64,000 bases of DNA from Carpediemonas membranifera BICM (GCA_019828565.1 JAHDYR010000007.1:62001-126000); one strand, 5' to 3'. Positions 1-11,941 are shown, counted from the stretch's first letter. The notes: generated from the letters alone by a model not told the origin. Numbers and translations: made by a program.

Positions 1-210
1 CCGCTTGTTGGTCAAGTCATATCATCACCATAGTCCATGCAGCGTGAGATTTTGTCGTTCATGCTGCCATATGTCGTGACAGCTGCTCAGATCATCATGG
101 GAACACGATGGTGATGGGCCTCTGATCTCCTATGGCGGTAGGGGTCTCCCGGCCATCGTCTGTGCCCGTTTACATATATTCAGTGCATTAACATAACAAG
201 TATACCGTCC

Positions 211-2827
211 TCACATACCGGCACCCGATCCCAGCTGGACAATATTCCGCAGCACGCTTTTGGACCTCTCGGCCTCTTCCACAGCTGCCCTCGCTGTCTC
301 CTCAGCCCTTGCTAACGCGGCCTTGGCATCAGTGTGACTCATCTGAAGGGCCCAGAGTGATTCATTGGACTCATTCAATGCCAGCTTTGCTGCTGCAAGG
401 GAGCCGGAGAGATTCTGATTCACTCCGCGTAGGTCTGCCACCTGCCTTGTGAGTTCGGCCATCTTGTTCTCCAACTCTGCCGTCCTCTCCTTTGCCTGGA
501 CGTTCTCCCGCTCTAACCGGCCTATCATAGGTCTCAGCCTGCCGACCTCGCCCTCTGCCAGTGATCGCATCCGCCTCTCATCCTCGAAGGCGGACCGGGC
601 CTGCCTGAGCTCTACCTGCGTGCCCTCGAGTGCCTCCTCCAGCACCGAAACCCTGGTCTCGCTGTCCTTAGCGTCCTGGGCGAGTCGGTTGGCCTCAGCA
701 ACAGCCATGGCAAGGGTGCCGGACATCTCCTTTTCCTTAGACTGCACTGACTCCAGTGACTCAGTGAGTGAGTCATTTGACTGCTTCATATTGTCCAGCT
801 CAGCCCGCAGTCTCTCATTGACGGACCGCTCTCGGTCAAGCTCAGCGGACAACATTGTGATGCTCTCCATTTCATTCTCTGCGTGCAATCGAGTCTCATT
901 GAGAGTGCCCTGCATCTCCATCAGCTGTGCATGTGACTGTCTCAGCTCATTTCGTGCTGTCTCGAGCTCGGCTAAAGTTGTCGTGTGTTCATCATCCTTA
1001 AACTGCACCTCGGCTTGAGTTCTTTGGATGAGATGTCGAGCCTCGTCCAGCTCAGCCAGGGCCCTGCTATGGGCCATGGCGTGGGATTTGAGCGATTCAA
1101 CCTCTCTCCTGAGTTGATCTTGACTTGACCAACAATCAGTGGTGGCTTCGACGATAGCCAGCGAGGTTCGGGCAATGAGGTCAGACATACCATCATGTGG
1201 CTGCGTCACGTGTATCTCACTGATTATCTCAAGAGCTCTGGAACACGCTGAAGCGCTACACCCCAGGGCGAGGGTCCGACCGGCGATGGAGGCGAGAGCT
1301 GCGGTGTATCTCCGGTCTGCCGCACCAAGGGGCCCCGCACCATTGCTCGCAGCCAGCGGTGCGGCATGGACCGCCCATGACACGAGACACCTCTCGGCCT
1401 GGATGTTGCGGTGGCCTCGGTGGAGAATGAGCTGACTGATCCGCTCGCATAGGTCAAGGATGGTCTGCCCGGTAGTCGAATCGATCGGAGTTGAAGTTGG
1501 AGCGACCACTGCTAGCCTACATGTGTCCGCGGCGTATTTCAGAATGCTCAGCTGCGGGGGATCTGGGGTTAGTGTCAGATTTGACTGGAGAATCTCAGTC
1601 ATCGCATCTTTAGATACGGAAAACAAATCCATGGCCACGGATCTGATACTATCAATAACAGATTCGGCGATGGCAGCCAAGAACTCTGCGCTGGCGTAGG
1701 CCACTGCGGCATTTGTCCCGCTCAACGGCAGCATCGCGTGCCGTATGACAGTTTCCACGACCCCCTGAGCCCTGACTACGATAGAGACAGGCTCACTGGT
1801 CGGTTGCAGTCCAGCCAGGTGTGTAAGGAAGTTGAGTCGACTAACAGTGACTTCAGCCAAGTCAGTGTCACTATCCGCTGTGACAGGTTCCAGGGCCTCT
1901 ACCATGGTATGTGCTAAGTGGTTGACATCGACACACTTAGTGAGGGCATCTGCTGTCTCTGTGTCGCGTATTAAGCGCCTGACAATGACAGCGGTTGGTT
2001 GCATGACATCAACAGGGGAATGTGACACCGCCAGTGTTGATAGAAGCTGGAGAGCTCTGAATATATTATTACTGTCCATTAGTCGGGAAGTCAGTGGGTT
2101 CTCCGGCAGTGATACGATCAGGAGGAACGCTTGGGCGATCACGATCAGGGACTTATGGTCCAGGGCTGCGACTAAAACCTTATAAAGTCTGTGGGACGCG
2201 GCATGACTGACAACCAACCGCCCTATTCCAGGCGACTCAGCTGCCAATGAAGTGAGCGTCTTGAGAGCGAGCTCGAGGACGTCTTGGGTCGAGTACTGCT
2301 CCGTGATGGTCCGAATCAGCGTTTCAACAAGCTCATCAGCGTGCTTCATTGCTGTAGGGTCGAGTGACAGGTGAGGTGCTACGAGAGAAAGGAATCTGTG
2401 TGCCTGGGAATGTATGTCTGCTGCTGACAGACGGAGAAGGTGGTCGACCAGCATGCATCCATTGATATGATGGGATGAAAGAAGATATGAGATGTGTGTG
2501 ACAACTAACGATGATGAGGTTAGCTGGATGCATGCGTGTACGGCGAGGTCATGGAGCTTCGCTGGGAGGGGTGGGTTCAGCGTCCCGCAAAGGGTGTGTA
2601 GGAGCGGAAGAATGACATCCGCGGAACGAGGATGAACAGCAAGAAAGTTAAGAAGCTGCTTGTTACCGTTAGCAAGCTTCGAGAGGTGCTTTTGAAGTGA
2701 CGGCGTGTGTTTGTGGGCAAAGGCGACATTAGAGAGCTGCGCTAGTTCACTACATAACTATACAGGTAGAATAAGACACATACGATACAGCATTGAACAG
2801 TTGAGCACTGGGTGCCTCGTCCATCAT
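211..2827 (-). CDS. ARM-repeat plus C-terminal coiled-coil protein, CIP2A-like (2 exons; intron 2750-2783)
   Basis: ORF 211-2454 stays open upstream to 2749. A 34-nt GTATGT...GTAG intron joins it to ATG 2827 (MMDEAPSAQ). Segment LYKVLVAALDHKSLIVIAQAFLLIVSL...RLMDSNNIFRALQLL resembles the CIP2A ARM region; C-terminal ~300 aa is coiled coil. Confidence 0.6.
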
Positions 2828-2971
2828 GGCTGTCGCTTTTTCCGACTCCGGAAAAATGAGCAAAATTTGCCGCCTAATGCTCGCCAACTCTACCCACACG
2901 CCTAGTCAGCCATGCTACTGCTGTTTACCAAGCTATATTCCATCAAGAGCTGCTTCATATCAGCTAATCGC

Positions 2972-3418
2972 CTACATGAAATGGGTCTTGCGGACATTTG
3001 TTGGCCGATATAATTGGCTCAGTACGAAGCCGTTGAGCAGCGCCCGTAGTGTCCTATCGACCATGGCGGGCCACAACTGAGATAGGGGCGTCTCCATGAT
3101 GAAGATGGTGTGGAATCCGAACGTCAGCTCGGAGTACATCGCCAGGAGAATGGCAAAACGGATGCCCTTGGCTGTAACAGAGATCGAGGGGACGCGAGGA
3201 GCGGCAAAACGCCAGGAGAGAACGAAGATGAGGCCCGAGAAGATGGGCTGGGCGAAGAACTTCCAGCTAGTGAAGTCTAAGAGAGCTGGGAAGCTTTGGC
3301 TTACAGCCTTGGAGTGTGATGGGAAGAGGGCAACGTAAAACGAGAGGGTTGTTAGACTCACGAGGATGTCGAGCATGATGATGAAAATAATCGCACGGTA
3401 GGTTGAAAAGAAGGCCAT
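2972..3418 (-). CDS. Small multi-pass membrane protein, function unknown
   Basis: 148-aa ORF with about 4 hydrophobic segments, head-to-head with the next gene. Confidence 0.6.
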   Translation of the reverse strand: MAFFSTYRAIIFIIMLDILVSLTTLSFYVALFPSHSKAVSQSFPALLDFTSWKFFAQPIFSGLIFVLSWRFAAPRVPSISVTAKGIRFAILLAMYSELTFGFHTIFIMETPLSQLWPAMVDRTLRALLNGFVLSQLYRPTNVRKTHFM

Positions 3419-3504
3419 ATGCTTACTATTGATGGTCTAGATGTGGTTTGAAAGGGTTCCTGGGCCGAGAAACGGGGTGCCGTCCTCTTTTTTTGGCAAG
3501 AAAA

Positions 3505-5214
3505 ATGACAACGATGGAAGCGCGACTTACCGCCCAATTGGCGGAGCGTACAGAGATGATGCGCGCCCTCCAGACGAATTATGACACACTACGCAGGGAA
3601 TCCGAGACGAACAAGAAGGAGCTGATGTCCCTTTGTTCAGAAGTGCAAGATCTGCGTCAAACGGCCAAGGATCACGAGCAGGCCATGGCTAAGATCGCCA
3701 GCCTGGAAGCGGAGAAGCGTGAAATGTCCTTCCGTCTCGCTGACCTCGAGGATGCGATACAAGACCGGGAGAAGGCGGCCGGCTCAGCAAATGGGACTGT
3801 CGAGACACTCAAAAAGACCATTGCCGATCTTGAACAGGAGCTTACCATCCATGGAACGTCCAACCGCTCCCTTGAGGAGGAGGTCTACCGTCTTCGTACC
3901 CGGTTGGAGCGGACCGAGGCCATTAACCGGGACATGAACGCACAGCTGACTGGTGTCGAGCGGCAGAAGGCTGACCTCATCAGAGAGCTAACCGAGGCCA
4001 GCGAGAAGGTTGAGAATCTCTCCGTGACGAACTACCGTGCTGCTGATGACTCGCGTCGGGTGATGCGAATGATGGAGAATAAGGATAAGGTCGTGAAGCA
4101 GCTCCGGATGCAGCTGCAGGAGGCCAAGAACGAGCTAGCCAGCACCACAGCGACTATTGGACAGCTTGAGGCGAGGGGCCAGATTCCGGCGGGGTCTGAC
4201 GGGCTGGGCCAGACCATGTCAACCCTAAACATCACAGCGCGGTCATACTTTGACCCAGCGCCCCCAGCAGATGTGGCAGCCATGCATGCAGAACTGGTCG
4301 ACCTGCGAGCGAAGCTTGGCGAGAAGGAGGCAGCCTGGCTGAGCACGAGAGAGAAGCTTGAGGGCCAGCTGGCTAATGAGAAGCATACTGTGCTCACGAT
4401 GGCAGCTGATAACGAGAAGCACATGAAAACCATCATGCGCCTCCGTACAGAGATGACAGAGCTCAAGGTCGACCACCGCAAGCAGTGTGACACCCTGGAG
4501 GAGGAGATCGCCGTCCTGAAGGAGAGTGCAAGCGGGGCTGAGTGCGGCGCCGTAGCTAAGCTAGAGGCCGCCTACTCCCAGGTGGCGGACCTCAAGGGGC
4601 AGCTGTCTGCTGCCAAGGCCAGAGCTTGTGCCGCGGAGAAGGAGGCTGAGGCGGCGAAGTCGCAGGCAGCCTCGGACGTCGCTTACATGCGGCAACAGAG
4701 GGCCGATACTGCCGCCCGGTTCACTGCGGATATAGAAGCCCTCAAGCGGCAGCTTGCGTCCTCCCAGGAGCGTGTAAGTGTCGTCGAGGAGCAGCTTAGG
4801 CGTGAGGTCGGCGGGTTCGGGGACCAGCTGGCAGCTGTGGAACGGGAACGCGATGACGCCATCGGGCAGCTGGCCAACGAGAAGCGTGTGAACGAGCTGG
4901 GTCAGGTCGAGCATGCACAGAGGTTCAATGCCTTCAACAACGCCCAGCAGGCGCTGTCTTCCTTGGTCCAGAGTCTTGTGTCGATTGAGAACGAGCTCAT
5001 TGACATTGAGACCGTCGACACCATCGATAACCCCATTTGCCTGAGTCCCTGCGGTCACACCGTCTCAGGCCCTGATGCCCCTGACGTTTGCCCCGATTGC
5101 CACAGCCATGTCGAGACCAGCGTGCCCAACGTTACACTGGACAACGTGATGGCCCTTATTGCTTTCCATAGGCAAGTGGTGGCCGGGATGGAGGGGGCGC
5201 TGAGGGCGCAGTAA
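3505..5214 (+). CDS. Long coiled-coil protein with C-terminal degenerate RING/U-box-like zinc-binding motif
   Basis: Heptad-rich ORF, likely start MTTMEAR at 3505. C-terminus NPICLSPCGHTV...VCPDCHSHV...PNVTLDNV. Confidence 0.75.
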   Translation: MTTMEARLTAQLAERTEMMRALQTNYDTLRRESETNKKELMSLCSEVQDLRQTAKDHEQAMAKIASLEAEKREMSFRLADLEDAIQDREKAAGSANGTVETLKKTIADLEQELTIHGTSNRSLEEEVYRLRTRLERTEAINRDMNAQLTGVERQKADLIRELTEASEKVENLSVTNYRAADDSRRVMRMMENKDKVVKQLRMQLQEAKNELASTTATIGQLEARGQIPAGSDGLGQTMSTLNITARSYFDPAPPADVAAMHAELVDLRAKLGEKEAAWLSTREKLEGQLANEKHTVLTMAADNEKHMKTIMRLRTEMTELKVDHRKQCDTLEEEIAVLKESASGAECGAVAKLEAAYSQVADLKGQLSAAKARACAAEKEAEAAKSQAASDVAYMRQQRADTAARFTADIEALKRQLASSQERVSVVEEQLRREVGGFGDQLAAVERERDDAIGQLANEKRVNELGQVEHAQRFNAFNNAQQALSSLVQSLVSIENELIDIETVDTIDNPICLSPCGHTVSGPDAPDVCPDCHSHVETSVPNVTLDNVMALIAFHRQVVAGMEGALRAQ

Positions 5215-5255
5215 TTGTAATTCTAGAATAAACCCGAGAGTCTGCCAATCCGCTC

Positions 5256-5531
5256 ATGCCGCGAGCTGCGGTCTTCTGCATTGCCGGCAAATACGTCGAT
5301 GCCGAGGCAGACACGCGCATTCTGATTCAAGACTTGGCGCACACAGGCGCTGTTGCGGGGCGGTCGTTCACCCGCTACCACCTGGGTCGGTTGAAGCAGG
5401 GGCTGGCTGACATCACCAAAGCGATCAAGACCAACCCGGGGGACGCGAGCGGAAGAGCCAGGCGGACTTCGACACTGCGGTCGAGATCAAGGGCCGACTG
5501 GGCGATATCGTGGCCGATCTGCGGCTTGTGA
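5256..5531 (+). pseudogene. TPR-like fragment, probably degraded
   Basis: RAAVFCIAGKYVDAEAD and RSFTRYHLGRLKQGLADITKAIKTNP resemble TPR helices, but the frame is lost after about 65 codons. Confidence 0.35.
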
Positions 5532-6247
5532 CGCAGTTCTTGAACACCAGGAGCAGTTTTACCTGACGCGGGGCAGCTCTAGACAGACCCGCGCCTTTGT
5601 CTTGTGCAGGACAACTCAGCTTGGGTCATGACCGTTCCTTGTCAACGTTCCAAAAAGAGTCAGAGTTGACCGTGTTATTAACAGTATAGTTTTTTCACTC
5701 AGCCCATTTTATTCAAGCAAACGCGCGTCCACGCAACGGCAACCAAGGCGGGGGGGAGGAGGTATGTGCGCTTAGAACGGGGGGAGCGGGCTGAGGGGTG
5801 GTTTTTCGGGTCGTTGTTAGTGACTCACAATTGATCATGACTGGGTCGACCTTTGCAATGACTGGGGTGGTTCCCGGACACGACGAGGAATACGCATGTT
5901 TGTGCCAACTCCACTACAGTTCCAGCGCCGTGTGACGCGTTTCTTCCCTGACAACGTCAGATACGCCCCCGTGTCTGGACACGAGTCGATATCTGCCGCT
6001 GACATGTGAGATCCCGGTCAAGCGGTGGGCCGGCGTCTTCACCCGAGTTCTCACATTCGCCGTGGCAGCCGTGGCGACCGAGCTTTGAACGCGCTTCCTC
6101 GGTTCAGTCTGACGACGGGCGATGGGTCGGAATCGACCTGCCAACGGATGACACTCCCGAACTGATAAAATGTCAGCTGACACAGCAGTTACCATGATGG
6201 CAGAGGTGGACATCGATCCAGAAAAAAATAGTGAGAAAATTTTAAAC

Positions 6248-7721
6248 TTACACGCAGCCCTGGTCGAGCATGGCGTCGGCGACCTTGACGAAGCCAGCGA
6301 TGTTGGCGCCAACCATGTAGTTGGTGGGCTTGTCGGCGTAGAGCTTGGCGTTGTTAGCGCAGTTGTCGAAGATGTTCTTCATGATGCTAGCGAGCTTGGC
6401 ATCAACATCCTCGCGGGTCCAGGCAAGGCGCTGGGAGTTCTGGGCCATCTCGAGGCCAGAGACAGCGACACCGCCGGCATTGGCAGCCTTGGCGGGGCCG
6501 TAGAGGACACCGTTGGCGAGGTAGACCTCGATACCCTCGGGGGTGGTGGGCATGTTGGCACCCTCGGAGATGCACTTGCAGCCGCCCTTGACGAGAGCCT
6601 CGGCATCAGCCTTCTCGACCTCGTTCTGGGTAGCGCAGGGGAAGGCGGCATCGCAGGCAACCTCCCAAGGGCGCTTGCCGGGGAAGAACTTGGCGGTCTT
6701 GGAGAACTTGGTGTACTCGGAGATGCGAGCGCGGGCGACGTTCTTGATGCGCATGATCTCGGCGAGCTGCTCACGGGTGAAGCCGCTCTCCTCGAGGATG
6801 TAGCCAGAGGAGTCGGAGCAGGTGACGGGGATGGCGCCGAGGTCGAGGAGCTTCTCGATGGCGAACTGAGCAACGTTGCCAGAGCCGGAGACGGCGCAGC
6901 GCTTGCCCTTGAGGGTCATGTCGTTGGCCTCCATCATGTTCTGGGCGTAGTAGACGGCACCGTAGCCGGTAGCCTCGGGCCGGATGAGGGAGCCACCCCA
7001 GTTGAGGCCCTTGCCGGTAAGGACACCCTCGAAGACGTTGCGGACACGCTTGTACTGGCCGAACATGTAGCCGATCTCCCTGCCGCCGACACCGATGTCA
7101 CCAGCGGGGACGTCAGTGTTAGCGCCGATGTGGCGGGAGAGCTCGGTCATGAAGGACTGGCAGAAGCGCATGACCTCGTTGTCGGACTTGCCCTTGGGGT
7201 CGAAGTCGGAGCCACCCTTGCCGGCACCCATCTGGAGGGTGGTAAGGGAGTTCTTGAGGATCTGCTCGAAGCCGAGGAACTTGATGATGGAGAGGTTCAC
7301 GCTGGGGTGGAAGCGGAGGCCGCCCTTGTAGGGGCCGAGGGCGCTGTTGAACTCAACGCGGAAGGCACGGTTGACCTCCTGCTCGCCCTTGTCGTTGATC
7401 CAGGGGACGCGGAACTGGATGACGCGCTCGGGCTCGAGCATGCGCTCCATGATGGGGATGTACTTGGGCTCCTTCTCAAGAAGGGGGCGGACGGACTCGA
7501 TGACCTCGAAGGCGGCCTGCTGGAACTCGGGCTGGCCCTATGTTAGTGGATAAATGACAGAAATCGGCGCTGGTGCTTCTGCTACGCTTTCATTGGGCCG
7601 CTTACACAGATTGTGCAGCGGTTGTCAAGGAAGGAGCAGTCGCTGAGCGCTGAAACTGCAGGAGACGAACGGGATCGCGGCGCTTGATGATCTCGATAAG
7701 GTTCTCGATGGTAGCGGACAT
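6248..7721 (-). CDS. gdhA: NADP-specific glutamate dehydrogenase (2 exons; intron 7538-7670)
   Basis: [57 protein letters not shown] and [15 protein letters not shown] motifs. Exon 1 [17 protein letters not shown] is spliced (GTTCGT...CTAACATAG) to GQPEFQQA. Extreme C-ending codon bias. Confidence 0.97.
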
Positions 7722-7902
7722 GCTGGAAGTTTTGTCTTTCAAGACAGTGTTCTGAGTCTCTCTCGGTCCGAATTGACCGACGAGGACTTGATCCCAAAAG
7801 ATACGGTCCGTGACCAAATGTACAAAAGAAGAAGCAAGTCAACCCTATATACGCCACAAGAGCAGTCTGGCCCCCTTTTCATTTTCTCGCACATTCCTAT
7901 CT

Positions 7903-7931
7903 AGATCATGATCAGATCATGATCAGATCAT
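7903..7931. repeat. 11-bp tandem repeat (AGATCATGATC) x2.6 upstream of gdhA
   Basis: agatcatgatcagatcatgatcagatcat; each unit contains the palindrome GATCATGATC. Confidence 0.6.
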
Positions 7932-8872
7932 TCAAGGATTTGGATGAAGGCAACGAAGACGATCATTTACAGAAGCCATCGTCGATGAATATGGACTGCC
8001 TGGTGGTGTAGGCGGTGGCGACGAGGATGGAGGTGATCATGGGGATGGCGGGGCCCAGAAGACCATCTGATGGCGCGCCTGCGTTGCGCAGCTCCGTGAC
8101 ACGTCGTCATCTCTCTCCCCATCCGCCCAATAGTCCGTAGTCCGCAGTAGAAAGCATGACCACTGCCGACACACCGCCACCATCTCCGCTGTCGAAGGAG
8201 GGGTGCTGGCTGGCGGAACTCGTGCTGACCACAACCCGCAATCATCATCTCAGCACTTGGCGTGCTGTCTTGTGCAGCCCCGCCCAGTGGCACTCTCGTG
8301 CATGCCATGACCATCGGCACTGATGGACTCAGTCGCGAAGTAGAAGCGAGCATTGAGAAATAGGACGCTCAGATGAAGTGAACGAGTATTGTGGTGAAAG
8401 ATGCTTCATGAATGGGGCTGCTATTGCAACCGTTGTTGGAATCGATCCAAAGCATCACAACAATTCCTCTCTCAAGGCGGATATCACAATACATGATCAG
8501 GCGGCCATCATTGGCGTATCATGGCTTCCCAGTGCTCTCGAATCATCGATCAAACATCATTATTCTCATCGGTAGTCGATGCCATCAAATGCTATAGATT
8601 GCACCGTCATATGATTGCCCCGAGACACGCCACCCCTTCCATATTATGCCAGTCTTTTGACGACCTGATCACCTCCCTGCGCTTCATTGCTGAAGAGAAG
8701 GGTCGAACCCTCGCTGACGCCTCTGCCGGCAAGTGATCAGCCGACGCCGGACCTACCCCGGAGATCCCCACCGAAACGATGGACTCAGAGCGCCTTGAGG
8801 CTCTGGAGGCTGCTTTCTTCCGAAAATCACCGCCCTTATCCTGCGTTTTGATCAGGCTCGCCAATACGAGCA

Positions 8873-11800
8873 ATGGTGACGATTCCCTTCGATATTGAGA
8901 AGGGTTTAGACACGATTGACCGCATTTTGTATGTGGGCACCAAGCTCACGAGAACGCTGATGCTCCCCTTCCAGCTTGTAGGCACTTTTGCCGTCTGGCT
9001 TGTAGGACAGTTCTTCGTGTTCGTGATCTCGGTCAACATGCGCTTTTTCTTTGTTTCTGTTCCCACTGTGATTGCAGTGATGCTTGTTATCAGCTTCAGC
9101 TCCATCCTAACGTGGAACTTCTCGTCCAACATCGATGAGCAGTGGGCCGTCGAGGGCTCCACCGCCATCGCTGAACGGGACAGCTACAAGGACATCTTCG
9201 GCGACACTCCTCGCTACGTGATGGCCATCTATGCCCCCAAGGGCGACAAGAACAACATGCTTGACGCGGACATCCTCAAGGAGATCCGCGCCTTTGAGCA
9301 AGGCATCACGCAGCTCTCCGTCGACGATGTCCTCTACACCGACATCTGCTATGAGAACCCCTCTACATCCCAGTGCCTTCAGTACACCATCACGGCCGCC
9401 TGGGCCAACGACTCGGCCATTGAAGGCGACACTGACCTCGGTGGCACTGTCAAGACCCTCGTGGACGCCGCACCCTTCCTCGAGACGTACATCGGCGGCA
9501 CCGTGAGCACGGACCCCTCCTCGGGCGAGTACTCCTCCATTGGCGCCCTCTCGATGATGTTCCTTCTCAAGAGATCGTCGGAGTCAGCCGAGTCGTTCGA
9601 AAAGAAGTACGTGGACTACGCCGAGGACTACTCCACCGACTTCATCGACATCCACTTCTACGCCACCCGCTCTGTCAGTGACGGCGCCAACCCCGACCTG
9701 CCCAGCACCATTGCCATGGTCGCCGCCTCCCTCACGATGATGTTCGTCTTCACCCTCATCTCCCTGGGCGAGTGCACCCCGATCAAGTCCAGACTGACTC
9801 TCACGGTCATCGGGCTCAGCGGCATTGGTCTCGCCCTGGCAACCGGTCTCGGCGGGTCTCTCATCTTCGGGTCGACAATCAGTGCCATCTTCTTCGCCAT
9901 CCCGTTCGTCGTGCTCGGTGTCGGTATTGACAACACGTTTATCGCGTGCTCTGAATACGACCGTGAGCGGTCCCGCTACCCTGAGATGATCACCAAGGAC
10001 GACGTCAGGTCTATCACGAAGCACTCGTACCGCGGCACCGGCCCCTCCATCACCATGACCACCATTACCGACACGCTCTCATTCATGGTGGGAGCAACCT
10101 CCAAGCTCAACGCCATCCGGTCGTTCTGCATCATGGCCGCCTGCTCCATCGTCTCTGTTTACTGCTTCCAGACATTCATATTCTCATTCTTCCTTTACCT
10201 TGACAATCTCCGCCAGGCTTCCGGCCGTGTTGAGATTTTCTTCCTGAGATATGAGCAGATCGACGCCATTATCCAGCGAATCGTCGCGCGTGTCCAGAAG
10301 CGTCGCCAGCAGCTCCGCGCCCTCGCCTCACCCATGCTCTCCCGGGCCGCCAGCCGGGCCCCCACACCGCCCTCGTGCCCCCAGGTGCTGTCCCCCGCCG
10401 TGGAGGAGGGCGAGTCTGAGTCTGAAGCTGCAATCAGTGTCGAGCACGTAGACATGAACGCCGAGCTGCAGGACGTTGAGACTGCCCTGACGGAGGACTA
10501 CGACAGCGATGAGTTCCTCACTGCCGAGGAGGAGGCCCCGACTGCCCCAGCCACACCCGTGTCCCATGAGCTCGAGATCGTGACCTCCAGCGCCCCCCGC
10601 ACGATCATGGGCATCGACGTGTTCGACCGGCCATTCGTCCAGGACATCTTCAACTTCTGGCGCTGGGCCAAGTACCTGAAGGTCTTCAGGCTGCAGTTCC
10701 TCGTCGGCCAGGTGCTCGCCAAGATCGTGACCAACATCTACGTCGCCCCCGTCATCATCGTCGTCTTTGCTTGCTTTGGTGCCTTCGGACTATACCACAT
10801 CAACGACCTCGAGACGGGCATTGCCCCTGAGGATGTCATTGCAACCTCATCGAGCGCGATGGATTACATCAACGCAAGGGACGAGTTCTTTGCCAGCTTG
10901 ACAGTCGAGATCGTCACCGAGTTCGACAGCAGCGAGCACGACATGCTCACGCTCTCTGGCTACAAGCAGTACAGGGCCATGCTGGACGGCATGCAGACCG
11001 AGTGGCGCTGGTACATGGGCTCCTCCAGGGCCGGGTTCGTCAAGCCCTACGAGGCATGGCTCCCGACCTCGGCATACGCTCCTGTCCTCGACCTCGACGG
11101 CCTGCCCTCCAATGACGCATACCTGCGGGAGTCCCTCGTCGTGTTCGTCGGTTCAGTGTCTCAGCAATACTCTGCGGACTTCGCCACGACCCCAGACATC
11201 TCCAACGCCGTGACAGACCCCTCTGGGTTTATCAGCACGTTTGTCGTCAATGCGGTGAAGACCAAGGTCGACCATATTTCGTACAACACGTCTGCCGCCA
11301 AGGTCGACTACATGGAGCAGACGAGAGACGACTTTGAATCAATCAGCGAGCAGTACGGCATCTCGGCCTGGGTCTACGACTCAAAGTTCATGTACGACGA
11401 GCTTGATGCCCGCCAGATGCAGGACATCATCAGCAACATCTCCCTCGCCATGCTCGCCTGCTTTGTCGTGTTCACAATCTTCCTCAAGTCGCCCTGGATG
11501 AGCTTCATCGTCGTTCTTACCGTCTTCTCCATCGACTGCGCCGTGATTACCGTGATGTACTTCCTCGACCTCAAGCTCAACACGATCGCCGTGGTAGTAC
11601 TCGTCATCGGCATCGGGTTCAGCGCTGACTACGTTGCCCACATCGTCTTCGGCTACAACGAGGCCAACCCCGTCGACAACCCGTCCCGTGGCCGTAGAGC
11701 AGAGTTCGCCCTGTCCGTCATGGGCCAGCCGATCGCCCAGGGCGCCCTGTCGACCTTCCTCGGTATCAGCATGCTGCTCTTCAGTGACTTGAAGAGCATC

Positions 11801-11941
11801 CAGTCCATCGGCACGCTGCTCATTGTCATCATCCTGTCTGGTATCATCCACGGCCTCGCCTTCTCCCCGGCTATCATCACCCTCATCGCACCGATGGCGT
11901 GGCCCAGCGATGTCAAGAGCAAGAAGGACCTCCCTCAGTAA
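8873..11941 (+). CDS. Patched/NPC1-related sterol-sensing-domain (RND-family) membrane protein
   Basis: 1022 aa, two-fold repeated TM blocks with large luminal loops. SSD motif PFVVLGVGIDNTF and second-half motif IGIGFSADYVAHI. Confidence 0.9.
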   Translation: MVTIPFDIEKGLDTIDRILYVGTKLTRTLMLPFQLVGTFAVWLVGQFFVFVISVNMRFFFVSVPTVIAVMLVISFSSILTWNFSSNIDEQWAVEGSTAIAERDSYKDIFGDTPRYVMAIYAPKGDKNNMLDADILKEIRAFEQGITQLSVDDVLYTDICYENPSTSQCLQYTITAAWANDSAIEGDTDLGGTVKTLVDAAPFLETYIGGTVSTDPSSGEYSSIGALSMMFLLKRSSESAESFEKKYVDYAEDYSTDFIDIHFYATRSVSDGANPDLPSTIAMVAASLTMMFVFTLISLGECTPIKSRLTLTVIGLSGIGLALATGLGGSLIFGSTISAIFFAIPFVVLGVGIDNTFIACSEYDRERSRYPEMITKDDVRSITKHSYRGTGPSITMTTITDTLSFMVGATSKLNAIRSFCIMAACSIVSVYCFQTFIFSFFLYLDNLRQASGRVEIFFLRYEQIDAIIQRIVARVQKRRQQLRALASPMLSRAASRAPTPPSCPQVLSPAVEEGESESEAAISVEHVDMNAELQDVETALTEDYDSDEFLTAEEEAPTAPATPVSHELEIVTSSAPRTIMGIDVFDRPFVQDIFNFWRWAKYLKVFRLQFLVGQVLAKIVTNIYVAPVIIVVFACFGAFGLYHINDLETGIAPEDVIATSSSAMDYINARDEFFASLTVEIVTEFDSSEHDMLTLSGYKQYRAMLDGMQTEWRWYMGSSRAGFVKPYEAWLPTSAYAPVLDLDGLPSNDAYLRESLVVFVGSVSQQYSADFATTPDISNAVTDPSGFISTFVVNAVKTKVDHISYNTSAAKVDYMEQTRDDFESISEQYGISAWVYDSKFMYDELDARQMQDIISNISLAMLACFVVFTIFLKSPWMSFIVVLTVFSIDCAVITVMYFLDLKLNTIAVVVLVIGIGFSADYVAHIVFGYNEANPVDNPSRGRRAEFALSVMGQPIAQGALSTFLGISMLLFSDLKSIQSIGTLLIVIILSGIIHGLAFSPAIITLIAPMAWPSDVKSKKDLPQ

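Noticed and set aside
6170-7546. 458-aa plus-strand ORF antisense to gdhA
   Set aside because: A shadow ORF caused by extreme C/G-ending codon bias on the coding strand; no recognisable motifs. The same applies to the many antisense ORFs over the dynein, Patched and kinesin genes.
8521-8898. Coding-like stretch with an in-frame TGA at 8734-8736 (possible selenoprotein)
   Set aside because: No redox-motif context, no SECIS identified, and an additional apparent frameshift; more likely a gene remnant.
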